IMG/VR virus record: IMGVR_UViG_3300017719_000122
Coordinates: 1-28,955 of that record
DNA: 28,955 nucleotides
DNA from: a virus
Lineage: Duplodnaviria; Caudoviricetes
Direction: 5' to 3' (one strand)
In this document: positions 7,883 through 15,795 of the stretch, one piece after another
Layout: each line of letters starts with the position of its first letter
Position numbering within the stretch: position 1 is the stretch's first letter
The notes under the pieces: generated by a model
Database searches by the model: none
What the model was told of the DNA's origin: nothing
What the model saw: the letters and a program-made list of their open reading frames with translations, nothing else
Made by a program: the position numbers and the translations under genes

Positions 7883-9193
7883 GTCTTTTTGGTTAATAAG
7901 AGCATCATAGGGTAAACAAAAGGCTCTCAGAAGTTTATCCTTATTTACATGCTTAAAAGGAGGACATTTTTGATATAACAAATCCCATTCACGGGTTAAA
8001 ATCTTTTGCCATTGTGCATGATTATGTTCTATATCTTCCCAAATCTCTTGTCTACGAGAGTGTGAGTTCTTTAAAAAACTAACCACTCTTTCATATGCAA
8101 CTGTTATATATTGCTCTAAGTCTTTATCATCAACAATTAGATTATTAGGGTGATTAGTATATTTTCTAAAAGTTCTAAACCCTAACGATTCTAAATGTCT
8201 ATCAAGCATGTCATTGCAACTTATGCCTATGAATGGCTTTTTGACTGCTATTGGTTTCCAAGTTTTTTCTGTAACCGAAAAACTTTGAGAATCTTCAGGA
8301 TAATTTTCAGTAAGAATTTGTTTCCACCAAGTCTCTGGGTTTATGATAAGTCTAGCATCATTGTATGCAGGAGGAAAAACGTAGTTAGCAATGTCAAATG
8401 AATTTACATGTTGTTCAATCATTTTACTGAATTGATCACCTTCAAACTCTTTTGCAAAAGTATGATACAAAGTTTTCATCTTAGATAAATCTAAATCTAA
8501 ATCATAAAGTTCATTCATCCAATCTATCAAATGATTGTAATTGTTTTCTCTAAAATGTTCATTTGTTTGGTCATTCAATCTGTAAGTTAATGAGTAGTCC
8601 AAAACATCTAATTTATTTTCTGTATGAAATTTGTATAAGAGAGGAAACTTGTGAGGTCTATTGGTTATATCTCCAATCATCCAAACTGCTTTATTGTAAT
8701 TAAAGCCTAAATTAACTTCAGCCTTTCGGAACCAAGTGTTATCATAAGAATTGTCTATACCAATTGCTTTTTCTTCTGTACCTTCAGATCGTAATAAAAA
8801 GTAATTGAGTCGAACACCATAAGTAGGGTAATGATCTGTAAGACTTGTAAAATTAATATAAGTGTTTTCATATAAGACATACACTGATTTTAAATTGGGA
8901 AATAAATTGCTAGTTTTACAATAATGAAGACAATCTTCTATCCAAGATGTATGATTACTGTTTACTTGAGGTTCAAATAAAGCGAAGCCAATGACAAGAT
9001 ACTCAATATCATTTATTACTGATTGGTCAACTGGTGTATCTAAATGACCACGAAAAGGTTGCAATGAATTATTAATTGCATGACCAAAACTTGATTCAGT
9101 AGTATCACAAGAAGTCAGTAATGCCCATATATTATCATGGAGCAAAATGCTTCTTATGTCATTGCTCAGATCGTCAATTATCCTTGAATCCAA
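7862..9193 (-). CDS. Hypothetical protein, glycosyltransferase-like (GT10-like TEK motif); start uncertain
   Basis: 443-aa ORF with VTEKTWKPI...KPFIG...LESLGFRTF. The TTG start overlaps the gp13 end. Confidence 0.55.
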   Translation of the reverse strand: MDSRIIDDLSNDIRSILLHDNIWALLTSCDTTESSFGHAINNSLQPFRGHLDTPVDQSVINDIEYLVIGFALFEPQVNSNHTSWIEDCLHYCKTSNLFPNLKSVYVLYENTYINFTSLTDHYPTYGVRLNYFLLRSEGTEEKAIGIDNSYDNTWFRKAEVNLGFNYNKAVWMIGDITNRPHKFPLLYKFHTENKLDVLDYSLTYRLNDQTNEHFRENNYNHLIDWMNELYDLDLDLSKMKTLYHTFAKEFEGDQFSKMIEQHVNSFDIANYVFPPAYNDARLIINPETWWKQILTENYPEDSQSFSVTEKTWKPIAVKKPFIGISCNDMLDRHLESLGFRTFRKYTNHPNNLIVDDKDLEQYITVAYERVVSFLKNSHSRRQEIWEDIEHNHAQWQKILTREWDLLYQKCPPFKHVNKDKLLRAFCLPYDALINQKDLTFPPV

Positions 9194-9963
9194 GTAAGAG
9201 GTTGTGAGTAGTCAACGTAGTCTCTGAGGTCTTTAAGACATCTTTCTTGTTCTTGCTTACCTTCTGCTTTCATAGCCGCTCCGTTTAGAGCAGTACCACC
9301 ACCTGGACCTGCAACTGTTGAGAATTTTTCACGTGCTTCACCTATAATTGTTTTAAGTGTTGCAAGTGTAAAGTCATACATCCATGGTGTGATACCTGGA
9401 TCTTGTAGTAATGTTGTTTCTGGACGAGTAACATCAGCCCAAATAAGAATCTGTTCACCTGAGCCTTTAAAGTCTCTAACAAATCGAATTGTTTTAGTGA
9501 CAGGATCAAATGTGTAGATAACATAACCACCAAACATTCTAGCGGCTAGTTCTACATACCCTGCATAGAAGTCATACGTTGCTAGTCCACCTGCATAGTT
9601 ATAGTTTAACAAGTAAGTGTTTAGAATAGCAGATGAGAATGGATCAAATGACGATGCACCTGGCCCTGTTTCAAGTCCGATTGTACGTCTGAAACATTGT
9701 CTGACGTTAATGAATTCAGTTGGCAGTGTATAAGTGTCTTGGTTTTTGTCTACTGTCAGCAGTGTATAAGATTCTTGCACAGAGTTTTCTGCACGTTGTC
9801 TGTAAGTTAATACTGAGTAGTTGTATGCTTGTTCATAATGCTCTGGATCTAATTCTAAGTCAATGATCCCTTCACCTAATCGGAAACGCAGGTTCTCAAA
9901 CATGGCCTCTTTTAGTTGTTCAAGGTTTCGATTGTTTGGTACTGCTAATTCGTTTGCGGGCAT
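9178..9963 (-). CDS. gp13: Neck protein (T4 gp13-like)
   Basis: LRFRLG...IDLELDPEH, W..DFTLA..K...GEAREKF...GPGGGTALNG; SD AGGA upstream. Confidence 0.85.
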   Translation of the reverse strand: MPANELAVPNNRNLEQLKEAMFENLRFRLGEGIIDLELDPEHYEQAYNYSVLTYRQRAENSVQESYTLLTVDKNQDTYTLPTEFINVRQCFRRTIGLETGPGASSFDPFSSAILNTYLLNYNYAGGLATYDFYAGYVELAARMFGGYVIYTFDPVTKTIRFVRDFKGSGEQILIWADVTRPETTLLQDPGITPWMYDFTLATLKTIIGEAREKFSTVAGPGGGTALNGAAMKAEGKQEQERCLKDLRDYVDYSQPLTWIQG

Positions 9964-9984
9964 AAGATAAATTCCTGTTATGAG

Positions 9985-9992
9985 TATTTATC
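9985..9992 (-). promoter_or_regulatory. Late promoter GATAAATA for gp13
   Basis: Minus strand GATAAATA-CTCAT-AACAGGAATTTATCTT-ATG. Confidence 0.75.
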
Positions 9993-9995
9993 TTC

Positions 9996-11138
9996 TTAGA
10001 AAGCCTTTAAGATAATAAGAGAATCATTAAATCTACCAGTTGGTTTGATGCCTACTGCTTTAATCTTATCAAAGTAAGTTCTAGCGGCTGGCTTACTTCC
10101 CATAACTTCTTTAAGTTGCTCTTTAGGTTTACGTAAAGTCTTAATTGCACTCTTTGCCTTGTCAAATCCATGCAAAGTGTTACCCTTTACAAACATTTCT
10201 CCACTCATACTATCTGCAACGTAGTGATGCAGTTTTCTTTTCGTAGTATCATAGACCCATGCTTCTTTACATAAGTGAAGTTCTGTTGGTCTGATGCTTT
10301 CTAGTGTAAGTTTTGTTGTTTCACACTCAAAACGTTTCTGATACTTTAACTTCTGTGTTGCTTTCTCAGGAGTGATAGGCTTAGTCTTACGTTTAGCCCT
10401 AGACTTAATCTTAAGTGTAGCATAAGAGTTCAACACACCATTTACTGTGTCATAAAGACCAACAGTTGCTTTAAGTTTCTTTTTACTAAAGTGACTATAT
10501 GCTTCAACTAACTGTTCATCTTTACCTTCAATTACTTCTTTAAATTCTTTTTGTTCTCTATCATAGGTTGAGGTCAATAGAGGAATATGATTTGCTAATG
10601 GATTGTACTTGTGTAAAATTTGTAAGACTTTGCTTTTAAACTTATCGTCAATCTTTATCTCATCTTCAAAGAACTCATCCATAAGACCATCGATTTCTCC
10701 TCCAGCCTCTAGTAATTTATCTTTCATTATATCTTGGATAGAAGGGCGATTAGGTTTGTCTTTTGCTTTTTCTTCTTTGACTTTAGCAATCTTCTCGCCT
10801 TTTTCGATCCATTCTTCTTTGAGTTTTGCAATATGGCTAATATGATTTTGTGGCATGTAACCCACTTTATCTAAAAACCAAATTGAATTTGCAGTCCCAT
10901 TAAAGTTCCAATCTGGATTTCTGAGAATGATTTCTACTTCTTCAGTAGGCCAGCCTGCATCTTTTTTGATCCATGATTTACAACGAACCAATCTTTTCTT
11001 ATCGCTAATTTCGGTTCGGATAAAGTATTGGGCATCTTGGAATGCCTTTTCTCGTGCATCTTCGTCAGTGATACCTTTATACTTTTCCCATTTAGGTTCA
11101 GGCGTGAGATAAACTGTTTTTACTTTCCGTCTAGCCAT
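9996..11138 (-). CDS. Conserved basic hypothetical protein of T4-like phages (380 aa)
   Basis: Lys-rich, with C-terminal KLKY...WVYDT.KRKL..Y.A...VKG...GFD...KTLRKP...GRFN. GGAG SD and a sigma70-like promoter upstream. Confidence 0.8.
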   Translation of the reverse strand: MARRKVKTVYLTPEPKWEKYKGITDEDAREKAFQDAQYFIRTEISDKKRLVRCKSWIKKDAGWPTEEVEIILRNPDWNFNGTANSIWFLDKVGYMPQNHISHIAKLKEEWIEKGEKIAKVKEEKAKDKPNRPSIQDIMKDKLLEAGGEIDGLMDEFFEDEIKIDDKFKSKVLQILHKYNPLANHIPLLTSTYDREQKEFKEVIEGKDEQLVEAYSHFSKKKLKATVGLYDTVNGVLNSYATLKIKSRAKRKTKPITPEKATQKLKYQKRFECETTKLTLESIRPTELHLCKEAWVYDTTKRKLHHYVADSMSGEMFVKGNTLHGFDKAKSAIKTLRKPKEQLKEVMGSKPAARTYFDKIKAVGIKPTGRFNDSLIILKAF

Positions 11139-11179
11139 TTTGTCTCCAATTTTATCTGTGTCATTTTTAGCAAGATAGA

Positions 11180-11208
11180 AGTATATAGCATTTAAATCTA
11201 AAAAGCAA
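11180..11208 (-). promoter_or_regulatory. Sigma70-type promoter for the 9996..11138 gene
   Basis: Minus strand TTGCTT-N17-TATACT. Confidence 0.6.
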
Positions 11209-11255
11209 TATTTTATTTACCCAATTGCCCAGAATTTGTACAATGAACCGATTCC

Positions 11256-11263
11256 GATAAATA
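11256..11263 (+). promoter_or_regulatory. Late promoter GATAAATA, 5 nt before the gp14 ATG (leaderless)
   Basis: GATAAATA-TAGTT-ATG at 11269. Confidence 0.75.
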
Positions 11264-11268
11264 TAGTT

Positions 11269-13023
11269 ATGCCAAGATTATCATTATACCGTCCCGAAAA
11301 ACAAAGTGACTACAAGTTTATGGACAAGATCATTTCCGAACAACTGACAGTTGGCGGTACCGATTTGTACATTCATAAATATTTGGGTCCAGACGATCAA
11401 GGTCCATCAGCAGACTTTACTCAGCCTCAATATGATAAACTAGAACCGACAAACATACAAGACTTACTGTTCTTAGAGAACAGAGATCGTAAATATGCCA
11501 AAGATATATATCGATTACGTGGGCATTACAATGTACAAAACTTAGACTTTGATCTCAGTCAGTTTGGCTTATTCTTAAGTAATGACACTATTTTTATCAC
11601 AGTTCATTATAATGACATGATTGATATCTTAGGTCGAAAGATGATGGTAGGAGATGTTATCGAACTACCTCACTTACTAGATTATAATCCTCTTAAAGAA
11701 ACTTTCCCAGTTGCATTAAAAAGATTCTATCAGATTACAGATGCTAACTATGCAAGTGAAGGATTCTCACAGACTTGGTATCCACATATGTGGCGTATCA
11801 AATGTGAAATGCTAGTAGACAGCCAAGAGTTCTCAGATATTTTAGAACAGCCAACTGATATAGACAATTATCTTGGTGATTGGGACAAAGATAAAACATA
11901 CCCTGCAGGATATGTTGTCTCATTCGGTGACAAAAATTACAAAACACTACAAGAAGTACCAGCAGGCACTAAACCAAATGCAACTACACCTGATCTATAT
12001 TGGGAACTAGATGTAACAGATACATTAAAAGACGTACTTGGTCGATATAATGAAAATGTTCGTATCAATGATGCTAACTTAAAAGAAGCAGAACGAATTG
12101 TACCAAAAGCAGGTTATGATACATCTAAATTATATGTAGTACCTGGTTATGGGGTATGGGAAGAGAACGGTGTTAAATCTGGCAAGTACAATCAACCAGC
12201 ACCGCCAACAGATGTTCGTTCATGGATGCCTGGTAATAATCCACTTAGTGGTACTGGTTCAGTCGTTACTATGCGTAGTGACAAATACAAATATGCATCA
12301 TCTGGTATTAGAATACCAAAAGAAGTGATGGATGTTATGCAATCTAAAATTAAAGAAAAAGACATCGACCTTGAATCAATGATTGATAAGTTTGTACAAG
12401 CAAACTTGTCTATACTGACAGAAGATCCAGAGATGTCTCCGACAGGTTCAGGTTCAGGTCAGATGGAAGGCACAAAAGTCTTAACTGTAGATATCTCAGG
12501 ACCTGTAGTAGGTCCATATGGTACTGCTGATAATACTTACGCAACAGCAGACCAAGATCCAGATGCATCAGGGTTCACAGGTACTGAGCCATATGGTCCG
12601 AATACAATGGACTATCGTGCTGACTGTGATCCTCGCTTCCAATACATAGCAAGATCAACACCACGTGACTTTGGTTACACATCAGGTTACTTAACTGGTG
12701 ATGGCACAGCACCAAATGGTCTACCTGCAGGAGCAGGTATTGCATTCCCAGCATCACCAAATGTAGGTGATTACTTCTTAAGAATAGATTATTCTCCAAA
12801 TGTTTTATATCGTTGGTCTGGTACTCTTTGGTTAAGAGTCGATGAAAATGTCAGAACAACTACAGGCTTTACAGCAACTGATGAATCGTTACAATCTGGA
12901 TTTATTAATAACGAGGCTAATATTTATGTAAATAACGATGGGGCAAACGTTTCGTCTGCTCAACCGTTAAGTTCTTTGTTAGACTTAACACCTGATGATA
13001 ATCCACCGAGTGACGGGACTTAG
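11269..13023 (+). CDS. gp14: Neck protein (T4 gp14-like) with a long C-terminal extension
   Basis: Start reassigned to MPRLSLYRP. Contains IQDLLFLENRDRKY, DFDLSQFGLFL and GDVIELPHL; lies upstream of gp15. Confidence 0.8.
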   Translation: MPRLSLYRPEKQSDYKFMDKIISEQLTVGGTDLYIHKYLGPDDQGPSADFTQPQYDKLEPTNIQDLLFLENRDRKYAKDIYRLRGHYNVQNLDFDLSQFGLFLSNDTIFITVHYNDMIDILGRKMMVGDVIELPHLLDYNPLKETFPVALKRFYQITDANYASEGFSQTWYPHMWRIKCEMLVDSQEFSDILEQPTDIDNYLGDWDKDKTYPAGYVVSFGDKNYKTLQEVPAGTKPNATTPDLYWELDVTDTLKDVLGRYNENVRINDANLKEAERIVPKAGYDTSKLYVVPGYGVWEENGVKSGKYNQPAPPTDVRSWMPGNNPLSGTGSVVTMRSDKYKYASSGIRIPKEVMDVMQSKIKEKDIDLESMIDKFVQANLSILTEDPEMSPTGSGSGQMEGTKVLTVDISGPVVGPYGTADNTYATADQDPDASGFTGTEPYGPNTMDYRADCDPRFQYIARSTPRDFGYTSGYLTGDGTAPNGLPAGAGIAFPASPNVGDYFLRIDYSPNVLYRWSGTLWLRVDENVRTTTGFTATDESLQSGFINNEANIYVNNDGANVSSAQPLSSLLDLTPDDNPPSDGT

Positions 13024-13028
13024 AACTT

Positions 13029-14636
13029 ATGGCACAATATTTTTACGATAATCAAATAAGAAGATTTCTTCTACAGTTTTCTAAAATCTTTAGTAATTGG
13101 TATGTCACTAAAGGAAAAGATCCTAATGGAAATGATATACTAGTTAGAGTGCCAGTACAATATGGCGATGCAAGTAGACAAGCGGCAAATATTATTGCAA
13201 ACAACTCTGCAAGTAATCTACCATCAGCACCTATGTGTACATACTTTATCAATGGACTAGAATATGATCAGAGACGCACACAGGAGCCCTTCTTCGTTGA
13301 AAAACAAAACATTCGACAAAGAGCATACGATGATGGTACCGCTTCATATGAGACAACACAGGGGCAGGCCTTTACAGTTGAAAAACTAATGCCTGTACCA
13401 TATACATTAAGAATACAAGTTGATTTTTGGACTACTAACTACAATCAAAAATTAGAATTGATAGAACAGTTAGGAACATTGTTTAATCCAAGTTTAGAAA
13501 TTCAAAGCACTGATAATTTTGTTGATTGGACATCATTAACAGTTGTATATCAGGACGGGTTAACATTCTCATCTCGTTCTATTCCTATGGGAACAGGTAA
13601 TCCAATTGATGTGATGACTTGGAAGTTTTATTTACCTATATGGTTAACAACATCTTCTAAACTCAAAAAATATGGTGCTGTTCACAAAATCATTGCTTCT
13701 ATATTTGATGGTAAAGGACTTGAAGCAATGCAAGATGACAATTTGTTATTAGGCAACAGACAAAAACTTTCACCATATGGTTATAAGTTGTTGTATATAG
13801 GCAACACAATACAATTATTGCCGCAAGATTCAACTACAGCAGATACACCAAACACAGATTTAGATGTCCCAGTAAATCCAGATACTGATCTATTTTGGAC
13901 ATCATTGTTAAACATGTACGGAGCATATCAACCTGGAATAACTCAGTTATGGTTAGAAAATCCGTATATGGAAAATGAAATTGTAGGAACAATTGTTGTC
14001 AATCCATTAGATGATCGTTATTTGATTTTTGATGTTGACCCAGACACATTACCAGCAAATACATTAGAGCCTGTGACAGGAGTAATTAATCCACAAATCA
14101 CTGGACCAAATGCAGGACTACCTGGAGCAACACCTGGAACTAGATATATCTTAGTAGATGATATAGGTTCAGATTCTGCATCATGGGGAGTAGTCATAGC
14201 AAGTGTAACTGGTCAGTCTACAACACCAGAAACAATTAATGCTACTGATATGGCACCAGGTGTAGAGTACATGATTGCAACTGCTGGTACAACTAACTAT
14301 GCTCAGTATAGTGCGGCTGACAACGTTCCAGGAACTGTTTTCACAATGAACAATGTACAGCCATCAGGATCAGGTACAGTGTATATAGTTGAGGTCATCG
14401 ATAGAAATATTAATGACATTATTGAATACAATGGCACTCTTGGCAAATGGTTTATTGCATTTGATGCAGATAAGAACGAAGACGAAGTTGAGTATCTTAC
14501 TAATTTATCAACCCAAATTCAATATAGATGGTCTGCAACTCCAGAAGATTCTGACGTAACCCCTGCACAAAAAGGTCAGTGGATGAAATCTTATGAAGGC
14601 TATTATGGAGAAGGTGATTACAGCATAGTTATTTAA
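13029..14636 (+). CDS. gp15: Tail sheath stabiliser/tail terminator (T4 gp15-like) with a C-terminal extension
   Basis: YFYDNQIRRFL.QF..IFS, RVPVQYG, PVPY.L, and QKLELIEQ...LFNP. Confidence 0.85.
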   Translation: MAQYFYDNQIRRFLLQFSKIFSNWYVTKGKDPNGNDILVRVPVQYGDASRQAANIIANNSASNLPSAPMCTYFINGLEYDQRRTQEPFFVEKQNIRQRAYDDGTASYETTQGQAFTVEKLMPVPYTLRIQVDFWTTNYNQKLELIEQLGTLFNPSLEIQSTDNFVDWTSLTVVYQDGLTFSSRSIPMGTGNPIDVMTWKFYLPIWLTTSSKLKKYGAVHKIIASIFDGKGLEAMQDDNLLLGNRQKLSPYGYKLLYIGNTIQLLPQDSTTADTPNTDLDVPVNPDTDLFWTSLLNMYGAYQPGITQLWLENPYMENEIVGTIVVNPLDDRYLIFDVDPDTLPANTLEPVTGVINPQITGPNAGLPGATPGTRYILVDDIGSDSASWGVVIASVTGQSTTPETINATDMAPGVEYMIATAGTTNYAQYSAADNVPGTVFTMNNVQPSGSGTVYIVEVIDRNINDIIEYNGTLGKWFIAFDADKNEDEVEYLTNLSTQIQYRWSATPEDSDVTPAQKGQWMKSYEGYYGEGDYSIVI

Positions 14637-14653
14637 ACAGGCTCTGTTTGCCT

Positions 14654-14661
14654 AATAAATA
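14654..14661 (+). promoter_or_regulatory. Late promoter AATAAATA, 5 nt before the NUDIX ATG (leaderless)
   Basis: AATAAATA-ACTGC-ATG. Confidence 0.7.
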
Positions 14662-14666
14662 ACTGC

Positions 14667-15080
14667 ATGATCATTATTAATCAATCTGCTGGAATATTTT
14701 TCTACAGCAAATCTACGCAACGATATCTTTACTTGTTAAGAAACGAGAATAAAAATCCTACGTGGTCTATTCCAGGGGGCAAGATTGAGAAAAATGAAAC
14801 ATTGCTTTCTGGATTAAAAAGAGAATGCCAAGAAGAAATTGCATATTGGGACGATGAGTTTAAATTAGTACCGATACAAAAGTTTGTTAATAATACATTT
14901 GCATATCATACGTTCTTCTGTGAAATAGAAGAAGAATTTCCACCACTTCTTAATGACGAACATTGTGGGTATGCTTGGGTAGGAAATAATAGATACCCGA
15001 AACCATTACACCCAGGTTTGTTCTCAACAATCAACATTGACACTGTTGTAGAGAAACTAAAGGCTCTACAGTCTCTGTAA
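14667..15080 (+). CDS. NUDIX hydrolase
   Basis: Nudix box GGKIEKNETLLSGLKRECQEEI, plus LNDEH.GYAW and PLHPG. Confidence 0.9.
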   Translation: MIIINQSAGIFFYSKSTQRYLYLLRNENKNPTWSIPGGKIEKNETLLSGLKRECQEEIAYWDDEFKLVPIQKFVNNTFAYHTFFCEIEEEFPPLLNDEHCGYAWVGNNRYPKPLHPGLFSTINIDTVVEKLKALQSL

Positions 15081-15189
15081 ACATGCTCTTAGAGCTTCGG
15101 AAAGACGTTTTGAGAGACTTAATCACTATCAATGGGTAAGAATATAGATATTGATCTAATCGATGCTGAGATCGATTCTATGCAATCTG

Positions 15190-15197
15190 GATAAATA
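15190..15197 (+). promoter_or_regulatory. Late promoter GATAAATA, 5 nt before the ATG at 15203 (leaderless)
   Basis: GATAAATA-ATACT-ATG. Confidence 0.7.
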
Positions 15198-15202
15198 ATA
15201 CT

Positions 15203-15409
15203 ATGAGTAACAGAAAAGGCAAGCCAAGCGTAGGAGATTACATAGAACATTTTTGTTCTTTGAACGGTAGATTTGAGGGTATTATTACAGAAATATTATC
15301 TACTCAATTTATATATGAAACGCCAGAAGGTCATTCAAGGTTCTGTTTATATAAAGAGAATTGGAATTACGCCAATTTATCAAATTACACCCAAAAAGAA
15401 AGGGACTAA
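15203..15409 (+). CDS. Small hypothetical protein (68 aa, possibly SH3-like beta barrel)
   Basis: It has its own late promoter and ends in a terminator hairpin. PSVGDYI...G.ITEI suggests a KOW/SH3-like start. Confidence 0.65.
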   Translation: MSNRKGKPSVGDYIEHFCSLNGRFEGIITEILSTQFIYETPEGHSRFCLYKENWNYANLSNYTQKERD

Positions 15410-15420
15410 GTCCCTTTCTT
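15396..15420. terminator. Bidirectional terminator between convergent genes
   Basis: AAGAAAGGGAC-TAA-GTCCCTTTCTT, an 11-bp inverted repeat. Confidence 0.75.
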
Positions 15421-15441
15421 CACATCACTCGATGTTATTTG

Positions 15442-15777
15442 TTAATGCATGAACATCATTTCGATTCCTGAGTAGCCTAAACCACCAAGAACAAAACCTG
15501 CACCAATAAGCATCCATCTCCATTTTTCTAGCCCAGCAATTTTACTTGCCATCAGATCATGTGATTCCTGATTAGATTTATTAAAGTCTAAAAGCATTTT
15601 ATGCGTTGATGCATTGCCTTCTTTAATTAAATCAGTATTAGTTTTAATATCTGCTTTGACATCTTCAAGGGCGGTATCAAATTTAGTGTCGAGGTTTTTA
15701 AACTCAACTTTTAATACCGCAATATCAGTATCGTACTGTGCTAACTGTTTTTGTGCTTGTGCTTGTGACTGCGCCAT
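15442..15777 (-). CDS. Coiled-coil protein with a C-terminal transmembrane helix (holin/XhlA-like candidate)
   Basis: Heptad-like N-terminus, then LEKWRWMLIGAGFVLGGLGY; GAGG SD upstream. Confidence 0.6.
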   Translation of the reverse strand: MAQSQAQAQKQLAQYDTDIAVLKVEFKNLDTKFDTALEDVKADIKTNTDLIKEGNASTHKMLLDFNKSNQESHDLMASKIAGLEKWRWMLIGAGFVLGGLGYSGIEMMFMH

Positions 15778-15795
15778 AATCTAGTTGCCTCAATA

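Noticed and set aside
11236-11268. ORF-track start for gp14 (likewise 7844, 21357 and 25214 for other genes)
   Set aside because: The extended starts run through promoter or leader sequence; downstream ATGs fit the promoter/SD geometry better.
11374-11381. CATAAATA inside gp14 as a late promoter
   Set aside because: It encodes His-Lys-Tyr within the CDS and has no downstream start; probably chance in AT-rich DNA.
8195-13252. Short ORFs 8195..8401, 9342..9533, 10603..10845, 10927..11112, 12575..12799 and 13052..13252
   Set aside because: All are nested in or antisense to long conserved CDSs and lack expression signals.
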